Below, piece by piece: positions 48,068 through 58,297 of a stretch of DNA of 64,000 bases (the first letter of the stretch is position 1; each line of letters starts with the position of its first letter). The stretch covers positions 179,883-243,882 of the forward strand of contig CBDHFT010000006.1 of the NCBI GenBank assembly GCA_965262775.1, in the 5' to 3' direction. The notes beneath the pieces are model-generated. The model was not told the origin of the DNA. It saw nothing but the letters and a program-made list of their open reading frames with translations, and did no database searches. Source of the stretch: Alphaproteobacteria bacterium. GTDB taxonomy: Bacteria; Pseudomonadota; Alphaproteobacteria; JASGCL01. Made by a program: the position numbers and the translations under genes.

Positions 48068-49597
48068 TTGCTTTATGAATATAACTCACCTTATCATCCG
48101 CACATGTCATCCATCGCCCGACCATTATCGCCCGAACAAATAAACCAGCTTGCCAATCGCTACAGCGGTATCACCGCCGATAGCCGACGGGTCAAGGCGG
48201 GATTCCTGTTTGTTGCTTTGCCGCGCAGTTTTGAAGGCGGGCAAGACGGCGCCGATTATATCGATGCGGCGATTAAGAATGGCGCCAGCGCGATATTAAC
48301 CGCAAGCGACATTCCTTTGCAACCACCCCCCGCGGTTACAGTGATAAAAAGCAACGAACCACGGCATGATTTGGCTTTGCTGCTGGCGGCGCGTGCGGGT
48401 GCCATGCCACAATATTTGGCGTTGGTAACGGGCACCAATGGTAAGAGCAGTATTGTCCAAATGGCGCGGGAATTATGGGCGAAGGCAGGGGATGATTCGG
48501 CGTCGGTCGGAACATTGGGGATAGTGAAAGAAGCCGCGGGCAAAAAAACATTGACCAACCTAAGCCACACCACGCCTGACCCCGAATGGCTTTATCCCGC
48601 CCTGGCGGGGTTGCGCCAAGAAAATATTCAGCATGTAGCGATGGAGGCTTCCTCTCACGGCTTGCATCAACATCGCTTGGACGGGTTGGCAAAAAATATT
48701 CTATCGGCAGCGATGGCAGAATTAAGCCAAGACCATTTGGATTATCATGCAACCTTAGAACATTATTACGGTAGTAAATTGCGTTTGTTCGGCGAATTAT
48801 TGCCCGTGGGTGGTCGGGCGATATATTGGCAACATAGTCCCGTGGCGGAAAAAATAAGCAATATTTGTAAACAACGTGGTTTGAAAAAAATAATGATGAG
48901 CCGCGGTAAAAACCCCGACGCTACATTATGCTTGCTGGCAACCACCCCGAACGCGGCGGCGGGGCAAAAGTTGGAATTTTTGTTTATGGATAAAAATTAT
49001 ACGGCAACCCTGCCCCTGGCGGGGCATTTCCAGGCCGAAAATGCTTTGACGGCCTTGTTGATGGTGATGAAAGAAAATACTTCCTCAGAATTAGAAAAAT
49101 TTTTACCGCATTTAGCCAGCCTGTCGCCCATCCGTGGTCGCATAGAAAAAATTGCCGAGCATAAGAACGCGCATTTTTTTGTCGATTATGCCCATACCGA
49201 CGCGGCCTTGGCGACTATATTGCGCACCCTGCGCCCCTTCGTGCGCGGAAAATTGATTGTGGTGTTTGGTTGTGGGGGGAATCGCGATCCCTTTAAGCGG
49301 CCAAAAATGGGGCAGGTTGCCAACGACCTTGCCGATGAAGTTATCGTCACCGATGACAACCCAAGGAAAGAAAAACCAGAGGCCATAAGAAAAGCAATTT
49401 TAGCGGCTTGCCCCAAAGGGATAGAAGCGCAAAACCGCAAGCAAGCCATTGCCCTGGCCGTTGCCATGGCGCGGGCGGGCGATATTATTTTGGTGGCGGG
49501 CAAGGGGCACGAGACAGGACAAATTGTCGGCGAAGAAATTTTACCATTTGATGACGGCGCGGTAATAAGGGAAGAAATAAAAAATGCTATGGACTAA
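48068..49597 (+). CDS. murE: UDP-MurNAc-L-Ala-D-Glu:meso-DAP ligase MurE
   Basis: P-loop of the Mur ligase family VTGTNGKSS. The DNPR motif (DDNPR) indicates meso-DAP specificity. Confidence 0.9.
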   Translation: MLYEYNSPYHPHMSSIARPLSPEQINQLANRYSGITADSRRVKAGFLFVALPRSFEGGQDGADYIDAAIKNGASAILTASDIPLQPPPAVTVIKSNEPRHDLALLLAARAGAMPQYLALVTGTNGKSSIVQMARELWAKAGDDSASVGTLGIVKEAAGKKTLTNLSHTTPDPEWLYPALAGLRQENIQHVAMEASSHGLHQHRLDGLAKNILSAAMAELSQDHLDYHATLEHYYGSKLRLFGELLPVGGRAIYWQHSPVAEKISNICKQRGLKKIMMSRGKNPDATLCLLATTPNAAAGQKLEFLFMDKNYTATLPLAGHFQAENALTALLMVMKENTSSELEKFLPHLASLSPIRGRIEKIAEHKNAHFFVDYAHTDAALATILRTLRPFVRGKLIVVFGCGGNRDPFKRPKMGQVANDLADEVIVTDDNPRKEKPEAIRKAILAACPKGIEAQNRKQAIALAVAMARAGDIILVAGKGHETGQIVGEEILPFDDGAVIREEIKNAMD

Positions 49598-51065
49598 CCA
49601 ACAATTATCATCGGCCCTGGGCCGCGCATGTCATTTGCAAACTGGCGGGGCGGAAGGATTCGTTATTGATAGCCGACAGATTAAGCCAGGTGATATTTTC
49701 CTGCCGCTTATTGGCACCAAGCAAGATGGCCATGATTATATAGAACAGGTTATTAACCAAGGGGCGGCAGGCAGTTTATGCTTGCGAGGGGTTATCAAAA
49801 ATTATCCAACCAACATGCAAGAAAAATTGATAGCCAGCGACGATATCATGGCGGATATTATAAAACTTGCCCGTTATCGCCGCGATGAAATAAAAAAAAA
49901 TGGTGGCAAGGTTTTGGCGATTACGGGGTCGGTGGGCAAAACATCGGCCAAAGAAATGATTGGCCATGTGTTAGAAAAAACGGGTGAGTATTATTATAAA
50001 TCCCCCGCCAATCAAAATAATACCCTGGGCGTGCCGTTATGTTTGATTAACAGCCGCGCCGATATCAAGGCGGGGGTTTATGAATGCGGCATGAATCATC
50101 GGGGCGAATTGCTACAGATTGGTGAAACCCTGCGCCCCGATATTGTCGTCATCACCAACATTCGTGAAAACCATATTGGTTATTTGGGCAGTTTGCAGGG
50201 CATTGCCGAGGCTAAGGGTGAATTGCTGGAATATATGATGCCCGATGCACCCATGGCGATATTAGAAAAACCACGCGAAGCAAAATATAATTTTTTTGAT
50301 TTTCTATCGCAGAAATTTAAACAACATCACCCTGGCGCGAAAGTGATTGCGGTGGGCGAAGGCGAAGATTGCGATGTGCAATTATTGTCGGTGGCGTCGC
50401 ACCTGGGTCATGGGCAAGAAATCAAAGCAAAGTTTTTTAAACAGGGGCTAGATTACTCATTGAACTTGATTGGTGCGCACCAAGGTTTCAACAGCCTGCT
50501 CGCCCTGGCCGCCGTGAATTATCTTTTGGTGGATGAAAATAGCGCGCCAAGCGAAGGCCAATTAAAAACCTGGGCAGCAGCATTGATTGATTACCGACCG
50601 ATAGCGGGGCGGGGGAAGCCCGATGTGTTAAACACTCCCCATGGAAGGATATGTTTGATAGATGAATCATATAACGCGGCGCCAGCCTCGATGCTAGCCA
50701 GCCTGCAAGCCTTGAATAGTTATGTCGAACCCATGCTTGCCACCGCGCCGCCATCGCGCCTTGCTATCTTGGGCGACATGAAAGAATTGGGAAAAGATGA
50801 AATAGAATATCATCAACAAATAATAAGCCAAGCAACAGCCATGGCTGGGATTGGGCGGATTATATTGGTCGGGCCATTGATGATTCAAGCCTACAGCAGC
50901 ATGGAAAAAAATGACAAAATCATTGCACGGGATGATGCAACCCAAGTGATGACTCAACTGGAAGGAAATATCAGCCATGGTAGCATTATCATGGTCAAGG
51001 CCTCGCATTCTATGGGGCTTGAAAAAATTGTCAAATACCTGCAAGAGAAGTCAGCCAATAATTAA
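49584..51065 (+). CDS. murF: UDP-MurNAc-tripeptide:D-Ala-D-Ala ligase MurF
   Basis: ITGSVGKTS P-loop. Mur ligase central and C-terminal domains. Position between murE and mraY. Confidence 0.9.
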   Translation: MLWTNQQLSSALGRACHLQTGGAEGFVIDSRQIKPGDIFLPLIGTKQDGHDYIEQVINQGAAGSLCLRGVIKNYPTNMQEKLIASDDIMADIIKLARYRRDEIKKNGGKVLAITGSVGKTSAKEMIGHVLEKTGEYYYKSPANQNNTLGVPLCLINSRADIKAGVYECGMNHRGELLQIGETLRPDIVVITNIRENHIGYLGSLQGIAEAKGELLEYMMPDAPMAILEKPREAKYNFFDFLSQKFKQHHPGAKVIAVGEGEDCDVQLLSVASHLGHGQEIKAKFFKQGLDYSLNLIGAHQGFNSLLALAAVNYLLVDENSAPSEGQLKTWAAALIDYRPIAGRGKPDVLNTPHGRICLIDESYNAAPASMLASLQALNSYVEPMLATAPPSRLAILGDMKELGKDEIEYHQQIISQATAMAGIGRIILVGPLMIQAYSSMEKNDKIIARDDATQVMTQLEGNISHGSIIMVKASHSMGLEKIVKYLQEKSANN

Positions 51066-51091
51066 CCTAAATGTAAAAAAATATAGAAATT

Positions 51092-52207
51092 ATGTTTTAC
51101 CATTACCTGCCCCAATTAGACGATATTTATAGTTTTTTTAACGTGTTTCGTTACCTGACCTTTCGCGCGTTGTTGGCGATGTTAACCGCTTTTTTATTTT
51201 CGCTGTTTTTTTATCCGCCGTTTATGTTGTGGTTAAGGGCGCAGCAGCAAGGCAATAGCAATGTTAGGGCCGATGTGCCAAAGAATCATTTAAAAAAATC
51301 GGGCACCCCCACCATGGGCGGCATGATGATTATTGTCGCTACCCTTTTCTCGCTTTTTTTGTGGGGCAATTCACAAAGTATCATTTTATGGGGGGCGGTG
51401 GTGGTCTTCACGGGTTTTGGTTTGATTGGCATGGTGGACGACCTGCAAAAAGTTAAAAAACATAATAAAAAATTGGGGCGGGGCCTTTCAGGAAAATTGC
51501 GATTGTTGTTGGGGGCGGGGCTGGCGATGATTGGTTTTTGGTTTATCTGCCAAGCCAGCGCAGACAAGTCCGTCGCCACCAGTCTTTATTTTCCATTTTT
51601 CAAAGATATAAGTATTCAATTTGGTTTGTGGTTTTTGCTGATAGTTTTCTTTGTGATAGTTGGCTCGGCCAATGCGGTGAATTTGACCGATGGGCTGGAT
51701 GGTTTGGCTATTGGCCCCATTTTGGTGGTGGCGGCGGTGTTTGGCATTATCAGCTATTTGGTTGGCAACAGCATCTACGCCGATTATTTGCAAATTCATC
51801 ACATGCCCGAAAGCGGTGAATTGGCGGTCTTTTGTGCCGCCATCATCGGCGCGGGTCTTGGGTTTTTATGGTTTAACGCGCCGCCCGCGATGATATTCAT
51901 GGGCGACACGGGTTCCTTGGCTCTTGGTGGTGCCTTGGGTTATATTGCGGTGGCTATCAAACATGAAATTGTTTTGGCTATGGCGGGGTTTTTGTTTGTG
52001 GTTGAGGCCTTATCGGTGATGCTTCAGGTCGGTTATTTTAAATATAGCAAAATGAAATATAAGACAGGCAGGCGCATATTTTTAATGGCGCCATTGCATC
52101 ATCACTACGAAGAAAAGGGTTTGGCGGAAACGCATATTGTCATTCGGTTTTGGATCGTGGCGGGGATATGCGCGCTCCTAGCCCTCAGCACTTTAAAATT
52201 GCGTTAA
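51092..52207 (+). CDS. mraY: Phospho-N-acetylmuramoyl-pentapeptide transferase MraY
   Basis: K..TPTMGG, NAVNLTDGLDGLA and MGDTGS. 10 TM segments. Confidence 0.95.
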   Translation: MFYHYLPQLDDIYSFFNVFRYLTFRALLAMLTAFLFSLFFYPPFMLWLRAQQQGNSNVRADVPKNHLKKSGTPTMGGMMIIVATLFSLFLWGNSQSIILWGAVVVFTGFGLIGMVDDLQKVKKHNKKLGRGLSGKLRLLLGAGLAMIGFWFICQASADKSVATSLYFPFFKDISIQFGLWFLLIVFFVIVGSANAVNLTDGLDGLAIGPILVVAAVFGIISYLVGNSIYADYLQIHHMPESGELAVFCAAIIGAGLGFLWFNAPPAMIFMGDTGSLALGGALGYIAVAIKHEIVLAMAGFLFVVEALSVMLQVGYFKYSKMKYKTGRRIFLMAPLHHHYEEKGLAETHIVIRFWIVAGICALLALSTLKLR

Positions 52208-52213
52208 ATCATA

Positions 52214-53589
52214 ATGTTACTGCCTTCTTATCAAAAAAATAAGAAAAAAATATACGTGGTTGGGCTTGGCTTGACGGGGTTGGCGGCTATCAAAACTTTA
52301 ACAACGGCGGGGGCAGAAATTGTTGCCTTCGATGACGATGAAAAAAATCGCCTTGCCGCCAGCCAAGCCAATATTCCTTTGCTCGCCCCCAATGACTGGC
52401 AAGCCAGCGATGGTGTGGATATATTGTTGCTCTCGCCTGGCATCCCCGCCGAAACATCGCGGCTAAAATGGCGCACCCCGCGGCTTTGCGCGCGCGCTCT
52501 CTTGGTGTGCCCATCATGGTGGATGTTGATTTGTTATTTAACGAATGGCATGGGCAACGCGATTTTGTTTTTATCACGGGCACCAACGGCAAATCCACCA
52601 CCACCAAATTAATAACCCATATCTTGGCTGACAATCATTTGCCCGCGGTGATGGGCGGCAATATTGGCGCGGCGGCACTTTCGCTGCCCGCCTTACCCGA
52701 CAAGGGTATTTATGTTTTAGAATTAAGCTCCTACCAATTGGAACGCATGGTTGCGCCCGTGCCACAGGTTGCGGTGCTGCTCAATTTGTCCTTTGATCAT
52801 TTGGAACGCCATGATACGATGGAAAAATATCTTGCTATCAAAACAAAGATTTTTTCTTCGGCGGTGGATGTTGCGAAATTATCCATCATCGGGGTGGACG
52901 ATGAATTTTGTCGCGCCTATTACGAACAGAACAAAGGTCGATTAAACTTGGTGCCTATCTCGGGTCTAACCCTGCCCGCGGGGGGCGTGGGGGTTCGGGA
53001 TGGGCAGTTGGTTGATGCACGCCGCGATAAAAACCTTGGCGCCTTGCCCTTTCATCCCGCGCTGCAGGGGCCGCATAATGCACAGAACATGGCGGCGGCA
53101 TATTTGGTGGCGGATTATTATGGTTTGGATATCAAAAATATTATATCGGCGACGCAAGGTTTCATGCCACTGCCGCATCGCCAAGAAATGGTGGCAAGCA
53201 TGGCGGGCGTGCAATATATCAACGACAGCAAAGCAACCAATGTTGACGCCAGTTTAAAATCCTTGAGCAGTTTTAATAATATTCGTTGGTTAGCGGGCGG
53301 GCAATTAAAAAGTGGCGACCGATTTGCTGACCTTAAGAACGTCGCAAGCCATGTTACCAAAGGTTATTTTTTTGGCGAAGGGGCAAGAAAATTGCAAGCA
53401 GAAGTCATGGAAGAAATCCCGAGTGCGGTTTTTAACAATTTGGCGGAAGCCCTGACCGCGGCGCACCAAGACGCGCAGGCGGGCGATGTTGTGTTGTTGT
53501 CGCCCGTGGGTGCAAGTTTCGACCAATATAAAAATTTTGAAGAACGTGGCAATGATTTTAAAAAACAAGTTTTAAATTTACAAAAATAA
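52214..53589 (+). CDS. murD: UDP-MurNAc-L-Ala:D-Glu ligase MurD, interrupted by a single frameshift in an A4 run (52465-52468)
   Basis: ORF 52214..52612 carries the N-terminal Rossmann domain (VVGLGLTGLAA...LLSPGIP). ORF 52468..53589 continues with HPAALRA...ITGTNGKSTT and the rest of MurD in frame -1. One extra A (A5) would give ...SPGIPAETSRLKMAHPAALRA. Confidence 0.8.
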
Positions 53590-53592
53590 AAT

Positions 53593-54675
53593 ATGGCACG
53601 TTTATTATTCACCCGCGCGGATAGAGGATTGCTTGCCCGTTGGCGGTGGTCGGTTGATATTGGCACCATCGTGTTGGTTTTTTTATTGATGGCGATTGGG
53701 TTGTTGGCGGTATCGTCGAGCATGGCCAACACCAACACCCCGCCCAATGTTTTTGTTAAGCATATTGTTTTGTCATTACTGCTATCATAACCATGCTGGG
53801 GGTGAGTTTTTATCGCCCCGTCAGGTTAAGGCCTTTTCGGGCGTGTTATTTTTTGTTGCCCTGGCCTTGATGATTTTAATATTGCTTAAGGGTGGGCAAG
53901 AAGCAAAGGGGGCGCGGCGTTGGCTGTCGCTTTTTGGATTTGCCTTGCAGCCTTCTGAATTTATTAAACCCAGCCTGGCCGTGTTGTTTGCCAATTTGTT
54001 TGTGCTGGGCAAAAAACAACAACAGGCGATATTTTATGGCTTGGCGGCTTTTATTTTGTTGGTGGTGGCGGGTTTGTTATTATCGCAACCCGATATCGGT
54101 ATGACCATGTTGGTATGTTCGACATTTTTGATTATTTTATTTTTTGCGGGCACGCCGTTTCGTTCATATTTCCGCTGTTCATTCGCCGCCCTGGTTCTGG
54201 TGGTGGTGGTTTATTATGTTTTTCCGCATGTGCAGGACAGGATATTACATGTGAATGATTACCAAGTAAAAAAATCGCTGGCGGCCTTCGCCAATGGTGG
54301 TTTTTTGGTGTGGGTTTGGGTAATGGGGTTGTTAAATTAACCCTGCCCGATGTTCACACCGATTTTATTTTGGCTTTGTTGGGGGAGGAGTTGGGCTTGG
54401 TGCCGACCTTGCTGATTATGGCTATTTACCCGACCATCATTTTGAAATGTTTTAAGCGGCTTTATGAAAGCAAGAATAATTTTGTTATTATTGCGGGCGG
54501 GGGTTTAACCTGTCAATTTGGCTTGATGGCGCTTATTAATATTTTTAGCGCGCTTGGCCTGGGACCAACCAAGGGCTTAACCTTGCCCTTCATTTCTTAC
54601 GGTGGTTCGGCGATGATGGCGAGCGCGCTGAGCATGGGGTTTTTATTGGCACTAACGCGACAAAAAAATGATTAA
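53593..54675 (+). CDS. ftsW: Peptidoglycan glycosyltransferase / lipid II flippase FtsW, split over frames 1, 0, 2 and 1 by three homopolymer frameshifts
   Basis: SEDS-family segments were found in four pieces: (a) WSVDIGTIVLVFLLMAIGLLAVSSS...FVKH; (b) in frame 0, ITAIITMLGVSFYRPVRL; (c) ARRWLSLFGFALQPSEFIKP; (d) GNGVVKLTLPDVHTDFILALLGEELG...TKGLTLPFISYGGS. The shifts occur at T4, T4 and T6 runs. A T7 run at the last site would restore NGGFFGVGLGNG. Confidence 0.75.
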
Positions 54676-55865
54676 AAAAATAATGAAAGCAAAAACCATG
54701 TCGCCATCATCAAAACAATATAAGATATTGCTGGTTTCGGGCGGCACGGGCGGGCATAGTTTTCCCGCCCTGGCGGTGGCGCGGTTGCTTGCCCAACATG
54801 GCCATGCCCCCAGCATTATATGCGAACAACGCGGCTTCGAATATTTTAAGCAGGCTATGGACCAAGAAAAATTAAACTGCCCGATATATTGTTTACCGTT
54901 AAAAAGTCCGCAAGGCGGCAAAGTAAAAAAAATAATATCCGCCCTGTCGCTCTTGACCAGTATTTTGCCTGCCGCGAAATTGTTGCGCCGTGAACGCCCC
55001 GATATATTATTGGGGTTTGGTGGTTACATGATGATACCCAGTTTTTTGGCGGCGCGCCTAGGCCGTGTGCCCCATGTTTTTTTGGAACAAAATGCGGTGA
55101 TGGGTCGCGCTAATCGTTTGTTTAAATCATCCGCCGCGGCGATAGCCACGGGGTTGCCAACCTGCCGCGGGTTGAGCAAGCGAGAAAAAGCAAAAACTCA
55201 TTTTGTTGGCACGCCCATCAAGCAAGAATTCTTACAAGTGGGCGAGGGCGCAGGTCATAAAACTAACAAAAAAAAATATCACCATATTGGTGACGGGTGG
55301 TTCCCAGGGGGCAAAGGTCTTTGCCGATATTGTCCCCCGCGCCATAGAAAAATTGTTAAAAAAATTGGATGGCACGGCGATAACTATTCACATTCAACAA
55401 CAATGCAAGGCCGAGCAAATCAAGGATTTGGCCATTGCCTATAATAACTTGGGCGTGAAGCATGACATCAAAGATTTTTTTTATGATGTGCCACAAAAAT
55501 TGGCAACGGCGGATATTTTTATTGGCCGCGCGGGGGCATCAACCATAGCCGAGGTTGCCAGCATGGCAAAACCTTGCATCCTTATTCCCTTTCCTTTCGC
55601 GACCGACAATCACCAATATTATAACGCGCGGTTGTTGGCCGATAAAAAATCTTGCCGCTTGCTTAGCGAAAAGAAAAACAAAACCATCGCCGATACCGAA
55701 CAATTAAGCGAAGCCTTGGCCGATGAATTGCTTGACCTTATCCTCCACCCCAAACATCGCCAGCAATTGGCCAGCAATATTAAAAATTTTGCTCAAAAAA
55801 ATGCTGGTGCTGAATTGATGAAATTGGCTATAAGCGTGGCAAAACAACATAAAAAATTGGCATAA
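54668..55865 (+). CDS. murG: UDP-GlcNAc:undecaprenyl-PP-MurNAc-pentapeptide GlcNAc transferase MurG, frameshifted at an A9 run (55268-55276)
   Basis: N-terminal half ORF 54668..55444 (GGTGGH...VGTPI.QEF). C-terminal half ORF 55203..55865 (ILVTGGSQGA...). The frames meet in AACAAAAAAAAATAT; with A8 the product reads ...GHKTNKKNITILVTGGSQGAKVF. Confidence 0.8.
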
Positions 55866-55869
55866 AAAA

Positions 55870-57342
55870 ATGACACCTTTCCCCAAAACCGAAGAACAAT
55901 TATCTGACATCGCCAACCCCGCTGCAGCGCGCCCCCTAGGCATAATTTATTTTGTTGGCATTGGGGGAATTGGCATGTCGGCGATAGCCGAGGTGATGCA
56001 CGACCTTGGCTATAAAATAGCGGGCAGCGACAACAGCGAAAATGCCAATGTGATAAGGTTAAAGGAAAAAGGAATCGTCGTCAACCTGGGCCAGGATAAA
56101 AAAAATATTGTCGGGGTTGATACCATGGTGGTCAGCACCGCCATCAAAAAAGATAACGCCGAATATCAGGCGGCGGTGGATTTAAAAATACCCATCGTGC
56201 ATCGCGCCGATATGTTGGCAACCTTGATGCGGTTAAAAAAATCCATCGCCATATCGGGCACCCACGGCAAAACCACCACGACATCGTTGATAGCCCATAT
56301 TTTTGTGACGGCGGGGGTGGACCCCATCGTTATTGGCGGCGGCATTATTAACAATTATTCTTCCAATGCCAAATTGGGAAAGGGCGATTGGTTAATAGCC
56401 GAAGCCGACGAATCCGATGGATCGTTTTTGTTGTTGCCCGCGGCGGTGGCGGTGGTTACCAACATCGACCCCGAACACCTTGACCATTATGGCGATTTTG
56501 AAAAAGTTAAAACGGCTTTTTATGATTTTTTACGCCGCGTGCCGATTGACGGTTTTGTGGTGGCCTGCCTTGACCATCCTGTCGTGGCGCAATTGATTAA
56601 AAAGATTAAAGGGCGGAAGATTGTTACCTACGGCATTGCACCGCAAGCCTTGACGCGTATCAGCAACACGCTGTTCGATAGTGACGGCGCGTTGTTTGAT
56701 ATAACGATGGATGGTGCCACCGAAAAATCCATTCGTTTGCCATTGTTCGGTTACCATAATGTTAGCAACGCCGCCGCCGCCATTGCGGTGGCGCGTTCGG
56801 CCAATATTCCATGGGCGGATATTCGCACCGCTTTGGAATCTTTCCAAGGGGTTAAAAGACGTTTTAGCCTAGCGGGCATCGTGCAGGGTAAGGATAAAAA
56901 AAATATCAGGGTCATTGATGATTATGCTCACCACCCTGTGGAAATTGAAGCCGTGCTGTCCGCCGCGCGACTGGCGTTGCAGGCAAGGGGGGAGCAAGGC
57001 CGCTTGGTGGTTATCATGGAACCCCACCGCTACACGCGCTTGCGCGACTTGATGCAAGATTTCTCGCGCTCGCTACTGAATACCGATTTATTATTCATCG
57101 CCGATATTTATCGCGCGGGCGAAGCCCCGATAGATGGGGTGGATGCCGAAGCCTTGCTGGCCATGGTGCAAAAGGGCGGGCATCGTAATGCCCACAAATT
57201 GTTGTCGAGCGAAACGGTTGATGCGATAGCCCAACAATTGGCGGGCAAGCTTCAACCGAACGATATGTTGCTCTGTTTGGGGGCGGGCAATGCTTCGAAA
57301 TGGGCCAATGCTTTGCCCGCGGCGTTAGAAAAATTATTATAA
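55870..57342 (+). CDS. murC: UDP-N-acetylmuramate:L-alanine ligase MurC
   Basis: FVGIGGIGMSAIAE and GTHGKTTTTS, plus Mur ligase domains. Confidence 0.95.
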   Translation: MTPFPKTEEQLSDIANPAAARPLGIIYFVGIGGIGMSAIAEVMHDLGYKIAGSDNSENANVIRLKEKGIVVNLGQDKKNIVGVDTMVVSTAIKKDNAEYQAAVDLKIPIVHRADMLATLMRLKKSIAISGTHGKTTTTSLIAHIFVTAGVDPIVIGGGIINNYSSNAKLGKGDWLIAEADESDGSFLLLPAAVAVVTNIDPEHLDHYGDFEKVKTAFYDFLRRVPIDGFVVACLDHPVVAQLIKKIKGRKIVTYGIAPQALTRISNTLFDSDGALFDITMDGATEKSIRLPLFGYHNVSNAAAAIAVARSANIPWADIRTALESFQGVKRRFSLAGIVQGKDKKNIRVIDDYAHHPVEIEAVLSAARLALQARGEQGRLVVIMEPHRYTRLRDLMQDFSRSLLNTDLLFIADIYRAGEAPIDGVDAEALLAMVQKGGHRNAHKLLSSETVDAIAQQLAGKLQPNDMLLCLGAGNASKWANALPAALEKLL

Positions 57343-58287
57343 ATGTCAGAAGAAAATATCGTACCCATGGCGTCAAACCCCCTACAACAATCCCTGCAAA
57401 CATTATTGACGGGCAAGGTAAGGGGCAAATTGTTGTTCGATGAACCACTCGCGCCACACACCTGGTTTCAGGTTGGTGGCAAGGCCGATGTTTTTTTTGT
57501 CGCCCAGGATAGGGATGATGTGAAGGATTTTTTACAATTGCTGCCGCGGGATGTGCCCCTCTTGCCCGTGGGGGCGGCGTCTAATTTGTTAGTGCGCGAT
57601 GGTGGCTGGCGCGGCGCGGTGGTAAAATGTGGCAAAGGATTCCAAACCATGAGCCACGAAGCAGGGATGATAACGGCGGGGGCGGCGGTGCTGGATGCCA
57701 GCTTGGCACAATTTGCCCTAAAAGAAAAAATAACGGGCTTAGAATTTTATTTGGGTATTCCAGGCACCGTGGGCGGCGCGGTGGTTATGAATGCTGGTTG
57801 CTTCGGGGGGGAGACCAAGGACGTCTTGCACCACGCCGATTTTATAACGCGCGATGGTGAAATCATCACCCTGACCCGCGACCAATTACAATTTTCTTAT
57901 CGTCATTCGGTTATTCCACGCGGGGCTATTTGCCTTGCCGCTTATTTTACGGCCAAGCCAGGCGATGAAGAAAAAATTCGCGAGACAATGCTAAGGCTGA
58001 AGGAAGAGAAAAGTAAAAACCAACCCCTGCGCGGTAAAACGGGCGGGTCGACTTTTAAAAATCCTTTACCGCAACATGCCTGGCAATTGATAGACGCGGT
58101 TGGTTTGCGCGGGCATCGCTTGGGTGGGGCTATCTTCAGTGAAAAACATTGCAATTTTTTAATCAACGATGATAACGCGACCGCCGCTGATATAGAGGCA
58201 TTGGGCGAGCGGGCGGTTGCATTGGTGAAAGAAAAATTTGCCATCGATTTAGAATGGGAAATAAAAAAAGTCGGCGAAAGGAAATAA
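57343..58287 (+). CDS. murB: UDP-N-acetylenolpyruvoylglucosamine reductase MurB
   Basis: FAD-binding PCMH domain (GGKADVFF...GAASNLLV), then the C-terminal substrate domain (GGSTFKNP). Confidence 0.9.
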   Translation: MSEENIVPMASNPLQQSLQTLLTGKVRGKLLFDEPLAPHTWFQVGGKADVFFVAQDRDDVKDFLQLLPRDVPLLPVGAASNLLVRDGGWRGAVVKCGKGFQTMSHEAGMITAGAAVLDASLAQFALKEKITGLEFYLGIPGTVGGAVVMNAGCFGGETKDVLHHADFITRDGEIITLTRDQLQFSYRHSVIPRGAICLAAYFTAKPGDEEKIRETMLRLKEEKSKNQPLRGKTGGSTFKNPLPQHAWQLIDAVGLRGHRLGGAIFSEKHCNFLINDDNATAADIEALGERAVALVKEKFAIDLEWEIKKVGERK

Positions 58288-58297
58288 ATTTAATACC

